Source of the DNA: Candidatus Saccharimonadales bacterium
GTDB lineage: Bacteria > Chloroflexota > Limnocylindria > P2-11E
Direction: 5' to 3'
DNA length: 64,000 nucleotides
NCBI GenBank assembly: GCA_035493615.1
Contig: DATJHW010000085.1
Location: 1,363 to 65,362 of the forward strand
Part shown: one piece after another, positions 8,518 to 17,170 of the stretch
Layout of the letters: the number at the start of each line of letters is the position of its first letter
How positions within the stretch are numbered: position 1 is the first letter of the stretch
Translations under genes and position numbers: made by a program
The notes under the pieces: generated by a model
What the model was told of the DNA's origin: nothing
Seen by the model: only the letters and a program-made list of their open reading frames with translations
The model's database searches: none

Positions 8518-9742
8518 AGCGGCGCGACCGCGCGGGTCGGCACGTACCGGTCGGGCAGGCGTGGCCGTCGATGTGCGAGCGGTAGTCGTCGGCGAATTCG
8601 CTCATCGTCGTCTTCAGGATGGACGCGCTCGTGATCCCGAAGCCGCAGAGCGAGAACTGCTCGAGATGGTTCGCGAGCTCGCCGAGCCACGGCAGGTCGT
8701 CGGCACGACCGAGGTCGGAGTAGATCCCCTCGAGGATGCCCTCGACCCGCTTCGTGCCGACCCGGCACGGGACGCAGATGCCGCAGGTCTCCTTCGCGAG
8801 GTAGTCGAACAGCTTCGCCGCCTCGTTCACGATGCACACCGCTGGGCCGATGACCCGGATCTGCGCGGAGCCGAGGTGGGTGCCCGCCGCCTTGAGCGAC
8901 GCGTAGTCGAGGGCGACGCCGGTCCGCGTCGAGTTGAGGATGCCGCCGGTCGGACCACCGACGTGCAGCCCTTTCAGCGTCCCGCCCGTTGCGCCCCCGG
9001 CCCTCGAAACGATGTCCCCGAGCGTCTCGCCGAACGCGACTTCGTAGACGCCGGGCGATGCGACCGCACCGGTCACCGAGACGAGCTTGGTCCCGGGCGA
9101 CGACTCGGTCCCGACGCGTCGGAACGCCTTGGCGCCGTCGCGCACGATCAGGGGCAGCGCCGCGAGCGTCTCGGCGCTCGACACGACCGTCGGACGAAGG
9201 AGTAACCCCTGGCGCGCCGGGTACGGCGGCCGTTGCCGGGCCATCGCCCGGCGCGATTCGAGCACGGCGAGCAGCGCGGACTCCTCGCCGCCCATGAACC
9301 CACCGGGCCCGAGCGCGACCTCGATCTCGAGATCGCCCAGGGTGGGCCGCGCCGCTTCGAGCGCGCGGTCGGCCGCGCGCTTGGCGCTTTCGGCATCCGG
9401 ACGGAGGTAGAGATAGCCGCTCGTCGCGCCCACGGCGGCGGCAGCGATCGCAAGGCCCTCGATCACGAGCTCGGGCTTCTTCAGGAGGATCGTGCGCGCG
9501 AGCGGGCTGCCCGGGTCCGCGTCGTACGCGTTCGCGACGACGTACGCGCTGCCGCCGGCAGCGGCGGCGCGGGCGGTCGCGAGCTTGCGCGCGAGGGGGA
9601 ACCCTGCCCCGCCGCGGCCGCGCAGGCCGCTCGCTTCGATGACCCCGATGAGCTGGTCGGGCCCCATCGACCTGGCGCGGTCGCGCTCGTGCGCCGCGTT
9701 GACGTCCGTGTCGAGGATCCGGTACGCGGCGCTAGTCGGCAA
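8495..9742 (-). CDS. nuoF: NADH dehydrogenase flavoprotein subunit F-like (51-kDa type)
   Basis: 415 aa with GLRGRGGAGFP, ANAYDADPGS (divergent NADESEPG), GGEESALL, ETCGICVPCRVG and SLCGFG motifs. The TTG start 9742..9740 overlaps the upstream gene end by 11 nt. Confidence 0.85.
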   Translation of the reverse strand: MPTSAAYRILDTDVNAAHERDRARSMGPDQLIGVIEASGLRGRGGAGFPLARKLATARAAAAGGSAYVVANAYDADPGSPLARTILLKKPELVIEGLAIAAAAVGATSGYLYLRPDAESAKRAADRALEAARPTLGDLEIEVALGPGGFMGGEESALLAVLESRRAMARQRPPYPARQGLLLRPTVVSSAETLAALPLIVRDGAKAFRRVGTESSPGTKLVSVTGAVASPGVYEVAFGETLGDIVSRAGGATGGTLKGLHVGGPTGGILNSTRTGVALDYASLKAAGTHLGSAQIRVIGPAVCIVNEAAKLFDYLAKETCGICVPCRVGTKRVEGILEGIYSDLGRADDLPWLGELANHLEQFSLCGFGITSASILKTTMSEFADDYRSHIDGHACPTGTCRPARSRRYETMAQP

Positions 9743-10451
9743 ACGCGGGCTCCAGCGGGTGCGTCACCTCGTGCTCGTGCAGCCGATCGTGCGATGGAGC
9801 GGGGCTCTGCTCCGGCCACAGGCCGGCGATCGCGACGTTGCCGGTGTAGCGGCGGCCGCCGCGCGGGATCGGCGTGCCCTGTCCGTCCGGCGCGCCGCGG
9901 AAGTTCGAGAGCAGCGACGCGGTCGTGTAGAGGTGCGTCATCTGCACGCCGAACGCAGCCGCGATCCGCTCGGCCGCGCTCCACGGGAGGTAGCCATACG
10001 CGTCGTTCGTCGCGTAGAGCACCCGCGTCATCCGGTCCGCGCCCGCGGGCGTCTCGTGAAGGATTCGGTCGACGATGCCGAGGTCGAGCCCGCGCTCGGC
10101 TTCCGCGGGCACGGTGAGCACCGCGTTCGACAGCGGGCGGCGGTCGCCGTACGGCGCCGTCTGGACCATCCGGATGCGGTAGTAGGAGGCGCGCGGCGCG
10201 ATCGGCGGCCGCTTTCGGAAGGCGTTGCGGAACGTGTACGAGATCGAGATCGCTCGCGGCGGGCAGGCCTTCTCGCACATCAGGCACGACTCGCACTTGA
10301 AGATGCTGGTCTCGGGCTCGAGCAGCAGCGCGATGAGCCCGCGGCTGCGCTCCGGCAGCTCGCGCTTCTCGTACGGGTACTTGCGCGTGACGCTCTTGCG
10401 CATGAACACGTGACTGAGCGTCCGCTTCATGCCGTTGAGGATCCCGAGCAT
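9732..10451 (-). CDS. Chimeric NuoI N-terminal half (single CxxCxxCxxxCP) fused to a NuoE-like N-terminal helical domain
   Basis: Real part of track ORF 9732..10736 starts at ATG 10451..10449 (TAATG overlap with the nuoD stop).
- MLGILNGMKRTLSHVFMRKSVTRKYPYEKRELPERSRG...FKCESCLMCEKACPPRAISI is NuoI-like.
- LYATNDAYGYLPWSAAERIAAAFGVQMTHLYTTASLLSNF is like the NuoE N-terminus.
Only 4 Cys occur in the whole protein. Confidence 0.7.
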   Translation of the reverse strand: MLGILNGMKRTLSHVFMRKSVTRKYPYEKRELPERSRGLIALLLEPETSIFKCESCLMCEKACPPRAISISYTFRNAFRKRPPIAPRASYYRIRMVQTAPYGDRRPLSNAVLTVPAEAERGLDLGIVDRILHETPAGADRMTRVLYATNDAYGYLPWSAAERIAAAFGVQMTHLYTTASLLSNFRGAPDGQGTPIPRGGRRYTGNVAIAGLWPEQSPAPSHDRLHEHEVTHPLEPAFAD

Positions 10452-11590
10452 TACCGGTCCACGTCGCCGAGCACGATGTCGATCGAGCCGAGGATCGCCA
10501 CGACGTCCGCGACGAGCCGGCCCTGAAGAAGCCACGGCAGGATCTGCAGGTTGTTGAACGACGGGCCGCGCATTTTCGCCCGGAACGGGTTCGTCGCCGA
10601 GCCGCCCGAGCTGATCATGTAGATGCCGACCTCGCCCTTGGCGCCCTCGACCGTGTAGTAGGCCTCGCCCTTCGGGCACTTCCACACGTGGCCGAGCCGC
10701 GCGCGCACGGCGCCACCGGGGAGGTTCGCGATGCACTCGCGCACGATGTCGATGGCCCGGCGCATCTCGCCGAGCCGCACCTTGTACCGCGCGTACGCGT
10801 CGCCCTCGACCGAGGTCACCGACTTGAAGCTCTCAAGCTCGGGGTAGATGGAGTACGGGCGGTCCTTCCGGAGGTCCCAGTCGACCCCCGACGCGCGGAG
10901 GATCGGGCCGGTGAGGCCGTACTGGGTCGCGACGACCCCGGGGATGCCGCCGACGCCGATGGTCCGCTCGAGGAAGATCTCGTTCGTCTCGAAGAGCTCG
11001 ACGTAGTCCCGCTCGATGTGCCCGGCGAACCGGTCGAGGAACCGCTCGAGCTTGGCCAGCATGCCCGGCGGGAAGTCGTAGAGCACGCCGCCCGGACGGA
11101 AGTAGTTGAAGTTCATGCGCGACCCGCAGAGCTCCTCGAACAGGTCGAGGATCTCCTCGCGGTCGCGGAAGCAGTAGAGCATCGGCGTCGTCGCGCCGAC
11201 ATCGAGGCCGTAGGTGCCGAGCCATACGAGGTGCGACGCGCAGCGCGACAGCTCGTCCACGATCACGCGGATGTACTCGGCCCGCCGCGGGACGTCGATC
11301 CCGCCGATGGCCTCCATCGCGCCGGCGTAGCAGTGCTCCTGCAGCATGTTGGAGACGTAATCGGCCTGGTCGGCGTAGCGGATGCCCTGGTGGAATGTTC
11401 GCCACTCGAAGATCTTCTCGATCCCCCGGTGCAGGTAGCCCATGACCGGGATGCACTCGACGACCTTCTCGCCCTGGAGCTTCAGCACGAGCCGGAGGAC
11501 GCCGTGGGTCGATGGGTGCTGCGGCCCGAGGTTGAGGATGAGCTCCTCGGTCTCGAGGCCCTCGTCGCTCTCGATGACCGGGAGCTTCAC
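10451..11590 (-). CDS. nuoD: NADH-quinone oxidoreductase subunit D (49-kDa type, not fused to NuoC)
   Basis: 379 aa: LNLGPQHPSTHGVLRLVLKLQGEKV...GYLHRGIEK...ends SIDIVLGDVDR. GTG start 11590 with GAGGAAG 9 nt upstream. There are no NiFe-hydrogenase Cys motifs. Confidence 0.9.
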   Translation of the reverse strand: MKLPVIESDEGLETEELILNLGPQHPSTHGVLRLVLKLQGEKVVECIPVMGYLHRGIEKIFEWRTFHQGIRYADQADYVSNMLQEHCYAGAMEAIGGIDVPRRAEYIRVIVDELSRCASHLVWLGTYGLDVGATTPMLYCFRDREEILDLFEELCGSRMNFNYFRPGGVLYDFPPGMLAKLERFLDRFAGHIERDYVELFETNEIFLERTIGVGGIPGVVATQYGLTGPILRASGVDWDLRKDRPYSIYPELESFKSVTSVEGDAYARYKVRLGEMRRAIDIVRECIANLPGGAVRARLGHVWKCPKGEAYYTVEGAKGEVGIYMISSGGSATNPFRAKMRGPSFNNLQILPWLLQGRLVADVVAILGSIDIVLGDVDR

Positions 11591-11641
11591 CGAGGCGGCT
11601 TCCTCGATCGCCGCACGCTCGCGGTCGATGGTGGTCAGCGC

Positions 11642-12226
11642 TCAGCCACCTTTGAAGATCTTCTCGCGAAGCCGGAGCACGCCCTCGGTCAATGCCTCGG
11701 GCCGCGGCGGGCAGCCCGGCACGTACACGTCGACCGGGACCACGGTATCGACGCCCTGGAGTGTCGCGTAGCTGTCCCAGAACTCGCCCCCGGAGCTCGC
11801 GCAGTTGCCCATCGCGATGACCCACTTCGGCTCGGGCATCTGCTCGTACAGGCGCCGCAGCCGCGGAGCCATCTTGTGGGTGACGGTACCCGCGACGATC
11901 ATCACGTCGGCCTGGCGGGGGCTCGAGCGGAACACCTCGGCGCCGAAGCGCGCGAGATCGTGGTGCGACGCGGCGCTCGCCATCATCTCGATCGCGCAGC
12001 ACGCGAGGCCGTAGCCGAGCGGCCACGGGCTCCGCGAGCGGGCCCAGTTCACGAGCATGTTCACCGACGTGAACACGATGTTGTCGTCGCTGGCGGTGAC
12101 GCCGGAGATCATCCGCGGCTCGTGGCCGCCCATCCCGGTCTGGGTGGTCAGCGGCCGGCGCTGGATGACGTCCTCTTCGAAATCGATGGGATGGACGTCG
12201 AGGGGGGCCTTCTGATCGATCGCCAT
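11642..12226 (-). CDS. nuoB: NADH-quinone oxidoreductase subunit B (20-kDa type)
   Basis: 194 aa with [18 protein letters not shown] and [11 protein letters not shown] (N2 cluster ligands). Confidence 0.9.
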   Translation of the reverse strand: MAIDQKAPLDVHPIDFEEDVIQRRPLTTQTGMGGHEPRMISGVTASDDNIVFTSVNMLVNWARSRSPWPLGYGLACCAIEMMASAASHHDLARFGAEVFRSSPRQADVMIVAGTVTHKMAPRLRRLYEQMPEPKWVIAMGNCASSGGEFWDSYATLQGVDTVVPVDVYVPGCPPRPEALTEGVLRLREKIFKGG

Positions 12227-12237
12227 CAGATGTCAGT

Positions 12238-13068
12238 CTAACCGTGGTTCTCGTGGCTTGCCCGCAGCAGCGCGAGCAGCGACGCATGCAACGGACGGCC
12301 CGAGGCGACGATCTCCGCGTGCTCGGTCCAGGTGACCGCCCCGCCAGCTTCCCGGACCAGCAGATCGCCCGCGGCGGAGTCCCACGCGGACCGTGACACC
12401 TCGAAGTACGCGTCGACGCGGCCCGCCGCGACCCATGCCAGGTCGAGCGCCGCGGACCCGGCTCTTCGGATGTCACGGACCTGTCCGGCGACGCGGGCCA
12501 GCACGCCCGCTTGCGCGGTCCGTTCGGCCGCTGCGTAGCTGAATCCGGTCGCGACGAGCGCGAGACCGGGGTCGCTTACGTCGCTCGTCGCGAGCCTGCG
12601 CTCGCCCAGGAAGGCGCCGCCGCCGCGGACCGCCGAGAACAGCTCGTCGCGCGGCGGGTCGTAGACCACGCCCGTCAGTCCGCCGTCCGCATCAGCGCAG
12701 CCCACGCTCACCGACCATTGCGGGATCCGGTACAGGTAGTTCACGGTCCCATCGAGCGGGTCGACGTACCACGTCCGGCCCGACGAGCCGGCGACACGCT
12801 CGCCCTCCTCGGACACGATCCCATCGTCGGGGAACGCCGCGCGCAGGCGGGCGGTGAGCAGCGCGTCGGCCGCCCGATCGGCATCCGAGACCGGATCCGT
12901 TCGCGTGGATTTCGAGCCGACGCCTCTCGGAGCGGAACGCGCGTGCTCGAGCAGGACGGCACCGGCCTCGCGGGCGGCCGCGCTCGCGATCGAGAGCAGC
13001 TCGGCCGCGGGTGTCAGGCCCAGGCTGGCGTCAACGTGCCCTGCGCGTCCCGCCAGTAGGGCGCCCAC
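12238..13068 (-). CDS. Inositol monophosphatase family protein
   Basis: C-terminal part of track ORF 12238..13542: SEEG...WYVDPLDGTVNY...GFSY...AALDLAWVAAGRVDAYFE...WDSAAG. The most plausible start is GTG 13068..13066 (in frame), which overlaps the HerA-like gene end by 55 nt. The start is uncertain. Confidence 0.75.
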   Translation of the reverse strand: MGALLAGRAGHVDASLGLTPAAELLSIASAAAREAGAVLLEHARSAPRGVGSKSTRTDPVSDADRAADALLTARLRAAFPDDGIVSEEGERVAGSSGRTWYVDPLDGTVNYLYRIPQWSVSVGCADADGGLTGVVYDPPRDELFSAVRGGGAFLGERRLATSDVSDPGLALVATGFSYAAAERTAQAGVLARVAGQVRDIRRAGSAALDLAWVAAGRVDAYFEVSRSAWDSAAGDLLVREAGGAVTWTEHAEIVASGRPLHASLLALLRASHENHG

Positions 13069-15353
13069 GCGAGGGCAACGAGTCGCACGTCGATGTTCGA
13101 CTTGGTGGGGCGCAGCGGCGCAGCGTCGAGCCCGCCGGCCCGGCGCTCGATCTCGGCATTGAGCGCGTCGAGCTCCTGCTGCGCCGCAGCGACGTCGGCC
13201 TTGGCCCGTCCGACGTCCTGCTGCTGCTCCACCGAGCGGCCCACCCCGCGCGCGGCCGTGGTCGCGCGGCCGAGCGTGGCCGACGTGGCCTTGCGTCCAA
13301 GGATCGCACCGAGGACCGTCGCGCCCACCGACACGGCCGTCTGGAGCTCGGCGGCGTGGGCCTGGCCCTGCTCCCGAGTGACCGCCTGCTCGGCGTTCCG
13401 GATCTTCTCCTCGAGGCGATGCACCTTCGGCGCGTAGTCGGCGCGCATCTTCTCGACGAGGGCGTCGCGCTGCTCGCGACCGGCCTGACGGAGATCGAGT
13501 GTGGCGTTGCGGAAGAGCCAGGACGCGAACTCGGCCTTCCAAGCCGCGTAGCTCTTCGCATTCGTCGCTGCAGCCGGGGCCGGCTCGAACGTCGCCCCGC
13601 TCTGCGGCGCGGTGTCGAGGTCGGCGGCGGGGAACGCCGCCGTCGCGGCCTTGTCCCAGTCGATCGCCGGCGCGGCGTCGAGCGGGGCGAGGTAGAGCAG
13701 CTCATTCGTCGTGTCGATGCCGTTCTTCCCATCGGCGAACCGCACGCTCGCCGACCCGAGAAGCCGCGGCTGGTACACGAGGGTCGCGCCCGGCGGACCC
13801 GCGCGCGGAGGAATGAATCGCTGCGTCACGTCCGCGGGCACCTTCGGCGCCGCCGAGGCGGTCTCGGCCGGTGGCGGGGTCGCGGCCGGCGCAGCCTGCG
13901 GAGCGACGGGCTTCCGCCCGGCCATGAGCTGTCGGATCTGATCCCTCGTGAGCGGACCTCGGAGATACGACATCGCCCAGCGGGTCTCGAAGACCACGGG
14001 CGCGTCCTCGTGCACGTCGTTCATCAGGAAGACCCGGTTGCCGAGCCCTGACAGGATCTCGCCGATCTTCGCCTTGTCGAACTTCGCGTTCGTGGCGGCC
14101 GCCGCGCCCTCGAGCCCCTCCAGCACGCGGGCCTTGTCCCGTTCCGTCTGCAGCCGGCCGAGGAACCAGGTCCCGGTATTCGCTAAGCCCTTGTAGTCGA
14201 GGTCGACGGGATTCTGCGTCGCGAGCACGACTCCGAGGCCGAACGCGCGCGCCTGCTTCAGCAGCGTGAGCAGCGGGAGCTTTGACGGAGGCGTCGCGAC
14301 CGGCGGGAAGTAGCCGAAGATCTCGTCCATGTAGAGGATCGCGCGCAGGCTGGTGGTGCCCGACTGGGTCCGCACCCAGGACAACACCTGGTTCAGCAGC
14401 AGCGAGACGAAGAACATCCGCTCGGCGTCGGACAGGTGCGCGATCGAGAAGACGGACACCCGCGGCTTCCCCTCCGGGCCGTGGAGGATCTTGCCGATGT
14501 CCAGGGCCTCGCCCTGCAGCCAGATCGAGAATCCGGGCGCGGCGAGCAGGTTGTTGAGCTCCGTCGCCAGCGCCTTCCGCTCTCTTGACGGATAGAACGC
14601 TTCGACCTCGAGTACCCCGACCTTGGCCATCGGCGGGTCCTGGATCTGCTGGATGATCGTGCTGAGGTCGAGATCCCGGCCAGCCGACCAGGCAAGGGTG
14701 AAGATGTTGGACAACAGGATGTGCTCGCGGCTCTTCACCGGATCGGCGGCGATACCGAGAAGCCCGAGCAGGCTCGTCGCGGTCGACGACACGCGCTCCT
14801 GCAGCAGCTCGGCGTCATCGCGGAGCTGGGCTGCCGGCGCCGCGAATGACGCGATGATCGAGACCGGTATGCCCGCGGTCGATCCCGGCGTGTAGATGGT
14901 GAAATCGGCAGCGTCCCTGAGACGCTTGATGCGCGCGCCGTCCTCGCCCCACGACGCGAGGCCGTCCGTCCACAGCTTTGCCTGCTGGGCAGCGAACTCG
15001 TCGGGACCGAGGCCCTTCTGACGCCCGTCGTCCTCGTTGACCCAGGGCCGGAAGTTCTCGGGGCGCAGCTCAGGGAAGGTGAGCAGCAAGTTCGTGAGGT
15101 CGCCCTTCGGGTCGATCGCGATCGTCGGAACGCCGTCGAGGGCGGCCTCTTCGATGAGGTTGATGCAAAGACCCGTTTTCCCGCTCCCGGTCATGCCAAC
15201 AGCGACGGCGTGAGTGACCAGATCCTTCGAGTCGTAGAGGATGATGCCGGTCTCGGGGGCCTTCTTGTCGATGTCGTACGGGCGCCCGAGGTAGAAGACG
15301 CCAAGCTTTTCGTAATCGGCGAGCTTCGGCGCGGACCATGTCGCGTTGGCCAT
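13014..15353 (-). CDS. HerA/FtsK-like P-loop ATPase (DUF87-type) with long C-terminal coiled/low-complexity extension
   Basis: Walker A THAVAVGMTGSGKTG. Walker B-like ILYMDEIFGYFP. VLATQNPVDLDYKGLANTGTWFLGRLQTERD. ATG 15353 is preceded by GAGGTGA. Confidence 0.8.
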   Translation of the reverse strand: MANATWSAPKLADYEKLGVFYLGRPYDIDKKAPETGIILYDSKDLVTHAVAVGMTGSGKTGLCINLIEEAALDGVPTIAIDPKGDLTNLLLTFPELRPENFRPWVNEDDGRQKGLGPDEFAAQQAKLWTDGLASWGEDGARIKRLRDAADFTIYTPGSTAGIPVSIIASFAAPAAQLRDDAELLQERVSSTATSLLGLLGIAADPVKSREHILLSNIFTLAWSAGRDLDLSTIIQQIQDPPMAKVGVLEVEAFYPSRERKALATELNNLLAAPGFSIWLQGEALDIGKILHGPEGKPRVSVFSIAHLSDAERMFFVSLLLNQVLSWVRTQSGTTSLRAILYMDEIFGYFPPVATPPSKLPLLTLLKQARAFGLGVVLATQNPVDLDYKGLANTGTWFLGRLQTERDKARVLEGLEGAAAATNAKFDKAKIGEILSGLGNRVFLMNDVHEDAPVVFETRWAMSYLRGPLTRDQIRQLMAGRKPVAPQAAPAATPPPAETASAAPKVPADVTQRFIPPRAGPPGATLVYQPRLLGSASVRFADGKNGIDTTNELLYLAPLDAAPAIDWDKAATAAFPAADLDTAPQSGATFEPAPAAATNAKSYAAWKAEFASWLFRNATLDLRQAGREQRDALVEKMRADYAPKVHRLEEKIRNAEQAVTREQGQAHAAELQTAVSVGATVLGAILGRKATSATLGRATTAARGVGRSVEQQQDVGRAKADVAAAQQELDALNAEIERRAGGLDAAPLRPTKSNIDVRLVALAWAPYWRDAQGTLTPAWA

Positions 15354-15589
15354 CAATTCACCTCGTCGACGTGGTCGTCACGAACGCGCCGGACCAGCCG
15401 AGCATACCCGCGGCCGTCCAGTATCGATCCCCGCGGACCGCTGCTCGAAGGCCCGCCGGATCGCGGCGTTCTGCGCCGCGGTATCGGACGCGGTCGCGGC
15501 GGCCGGCGCGGTCGGGGCGGCTGGTGCGTCGGGGCGCAGGTGGTGGCAACGCGCGTGCCACGGCCGCGCACGCGATCAGGCGCGCGACT

Positions 15590-17170
15590 TCAGGCGCGGT
15601 GCGCCCCCGGCCTTCCGTCATCCACCACGAAGGTCGCGATCGTGCTCACGGTGGCGGTCGGGGCGGTCACCGTGGACACCGCGCGGAAGTCGGCGGTCAG
15701 CCGGCCGCGCTCGACGGTGCAGCGCACGTAGCCGCGGTGGTTGTCGAAGAAGTGCAGCTGCGGATTCTTCGCCGATCCGTCGAACTGCGTCGCCGGGACG
15801 AATGGATCGCCCTCGGAGCTGATCGATGTGCCGAGGAACTCGGTCGCGACCTTCGGGGAGGCCGGATCGGAGAAGTCCTTCTTGATGTCGTAGACGAAGT
15901 CGACGTGGCTGTCGCCGGAGAGCACGACCGCGTTCTTCGTCTTCGCGAACTGCTCGATCAGCGTCTGGCGGTCCGCGACGTAGCCCATCCAGTTGTCCAC
16001 CCCGTCGAAGTGGTGTGTCGCCGGGTCGGGGCTCGAGTCCTGCTGGGCGAAGCGCACGGACTGCGCCACGAAGTTCCAGGCCGCGTGCGACGCGCCGAGA
16101 CCGCTGATGAGCCAGTCCCGTTGCCCCGCGCCCAGCATCGTGCGCTTCGGGTCGAGGCTCGGCGCGCAGTAGCCGGACGGCGTCTCGGCGTTGTCCGCGC
16201 ACAGCGGCACCTCGGGCGAGCGGTACTGGCGGGTGTCGAGCACATGGAACGTCGCGAGGTCCCCGAACGACAGCGCCCGGTACAGCTTCAGCGCCGGGCC
16301 CGAGGGCCGCGCGACGCGGATCGGCAGGTGCTCGTAGTACGCCTGATACGCGTTCGTCCGCTCGAACACGGCCTGCTTGTTCTTCGGATCGTTCACGTCG
16401 ATGCCGCCGGCGTAGTTGTTCTCGACCTCGTGGTCGTCCCACGTCGCGATCCAGGGGAACGCCGCGTGCGACGCGCGCAGGTTCGGGTCGGTCTTGTACT
16501 GCGCGTAGCGGTCGCGGTAGTCGGCGAGGGTGAACGCCCAGCCGCGCTTCGCGTAATCGCGGACGCGGTCACCGCGCGCGTCGCCCTCGTAGATGTAGTC
16601 GCCGAGGAACACCACGACCTGGAGGTCCTCCTGCGCGAGCGCGGCGTGAGCCGTGTAGTAGCCCTGGGTGTAGTTCTGGCACGAGGCGAACGCGAACCGC
16701 AGCACCGCGGGGCTCGCACCCGCGGCGGGCGCGGTCCTGGTGCGGCCGATGGGGCTGTCGAACCCTCCGGCGCGGAAGCGGTACCAGTACGGGCGGTCCG
16801 GCTCGAGGCCGGTCGCGTCGACGTGCACCGAGTGCGCGAGCTCGGCGATCGCGCTCACGGTGCCGGACTTCGCGACGTCCGCCATCGCCTCGTCGCGGGC
16901 GATCGTCCATGCGACCTCGATCGGCGCGCCCGGCATCCCGCCGCCGTGAAGCGGGTCCATGGCGAGCCGGGTCCAGAGGATCACGGCGTCGGGCAGCGGG
17001 TCGCCGGACGCGACGCCAAGGGTGAACGGGTCTTTGTCGAGCTTGATCGGCGCGGAGGTCTGGGCGCACGCGGCCAGGGGCGCGAGCGCGGCCAGGGCGG
17101 CGATCCGTGCGGAGGCGGCGAGGAACGCGCGACGGTCCAGGTGGTGTGGGACCGCGCTAGGCCGAAGCAC
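15590..17170 (-). CDS. phoD: Alkaline phosphatase D family protein with Tat signal
   Basis: 526 aa. Twin-arginine leader HLDRRAFLAASARIAALAALAPLAAC, then PFTLGVASGDP...WYRF...FASCQNY...GDYIYE...WDDHEV, as in PhoD-type metallophosphatases. Confidence 0.85.
   Translation of the reverse strand: MLRPSAVPHHLDRRAFLAASARIAALAALAPLAACAQTSAPIKLDKDPFTLGVASGDPLPDAVILWTRLAMDPLHGGGMPGAPIEVAWTIARDEAMADVAKSGTVSAIAELAHSVHVDATGLEPDRPYWYRFRAGGFDSPIGRTRTAPAAGASPAVLRFAFASCQNYTQGYYTAHAALAQEDLQVVVFLGDYIYEGDARGDRVRDYAKRGWAFTLADYRDRYAQYKTDPNLRASHAAFPWIATWDDHEVENNYAGGIDVNDPKNKQAVFERTNAYQAYYEHLPIRVARPSGPALKLYRALSFGDLATFHVLDTRQYRSPEVPLCADNAETPSGYCAPSLDPKRTMLGAGQRDWLISGLGASHAAWNFVAQSVRFAQQDSSPDPATHHFDGVDNWMGYVADRQTLIEQFAKTKNAVVLSGDSHVDFVYDIKKDFSDPASPKVATEFLGTSISSEGDPFVPATQFDGSAKNPQLHFFDNHRGYVRCTVERGRLTADFRAVSTVTAPTATVSTIATFVVDDGRPGAHRA

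Noticed and set aside
6148-8634. Very long ORFs on the strand opposite to, or out of frame with, the genes I called. Examples: 3258..5579(+), 6148..8634(+), 10688..12241(+), 15338..17281(+), 17580..19295(+), 27595..29508(-), 34518..36347(+), 42822..45080(+), 58234..60156(+), 60101..62101(+).
   Set aside because: Their translations are monotonous Arg/Gly/Asp/His/Pro/Ala strings with no recognisable motifs. Each lies antisense or out of frame to a gene with clear family motifs. This is the usual stop-codon-poor shadow frame of very GC-rich DNA.
10451-11590. Possibility that the B/D pair encodes a group-4 [NiFe] hydrogenase (Ech/Mbh-like), given the absence of nuoC.
   Set aside because: The large subunit has GPQHPSTHGVLRL and ends IDIVLGDVDR. 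Both NiFe-binding Cys pairs are missing, so it is a NuoD-type subunit rather than a hydrogenase.
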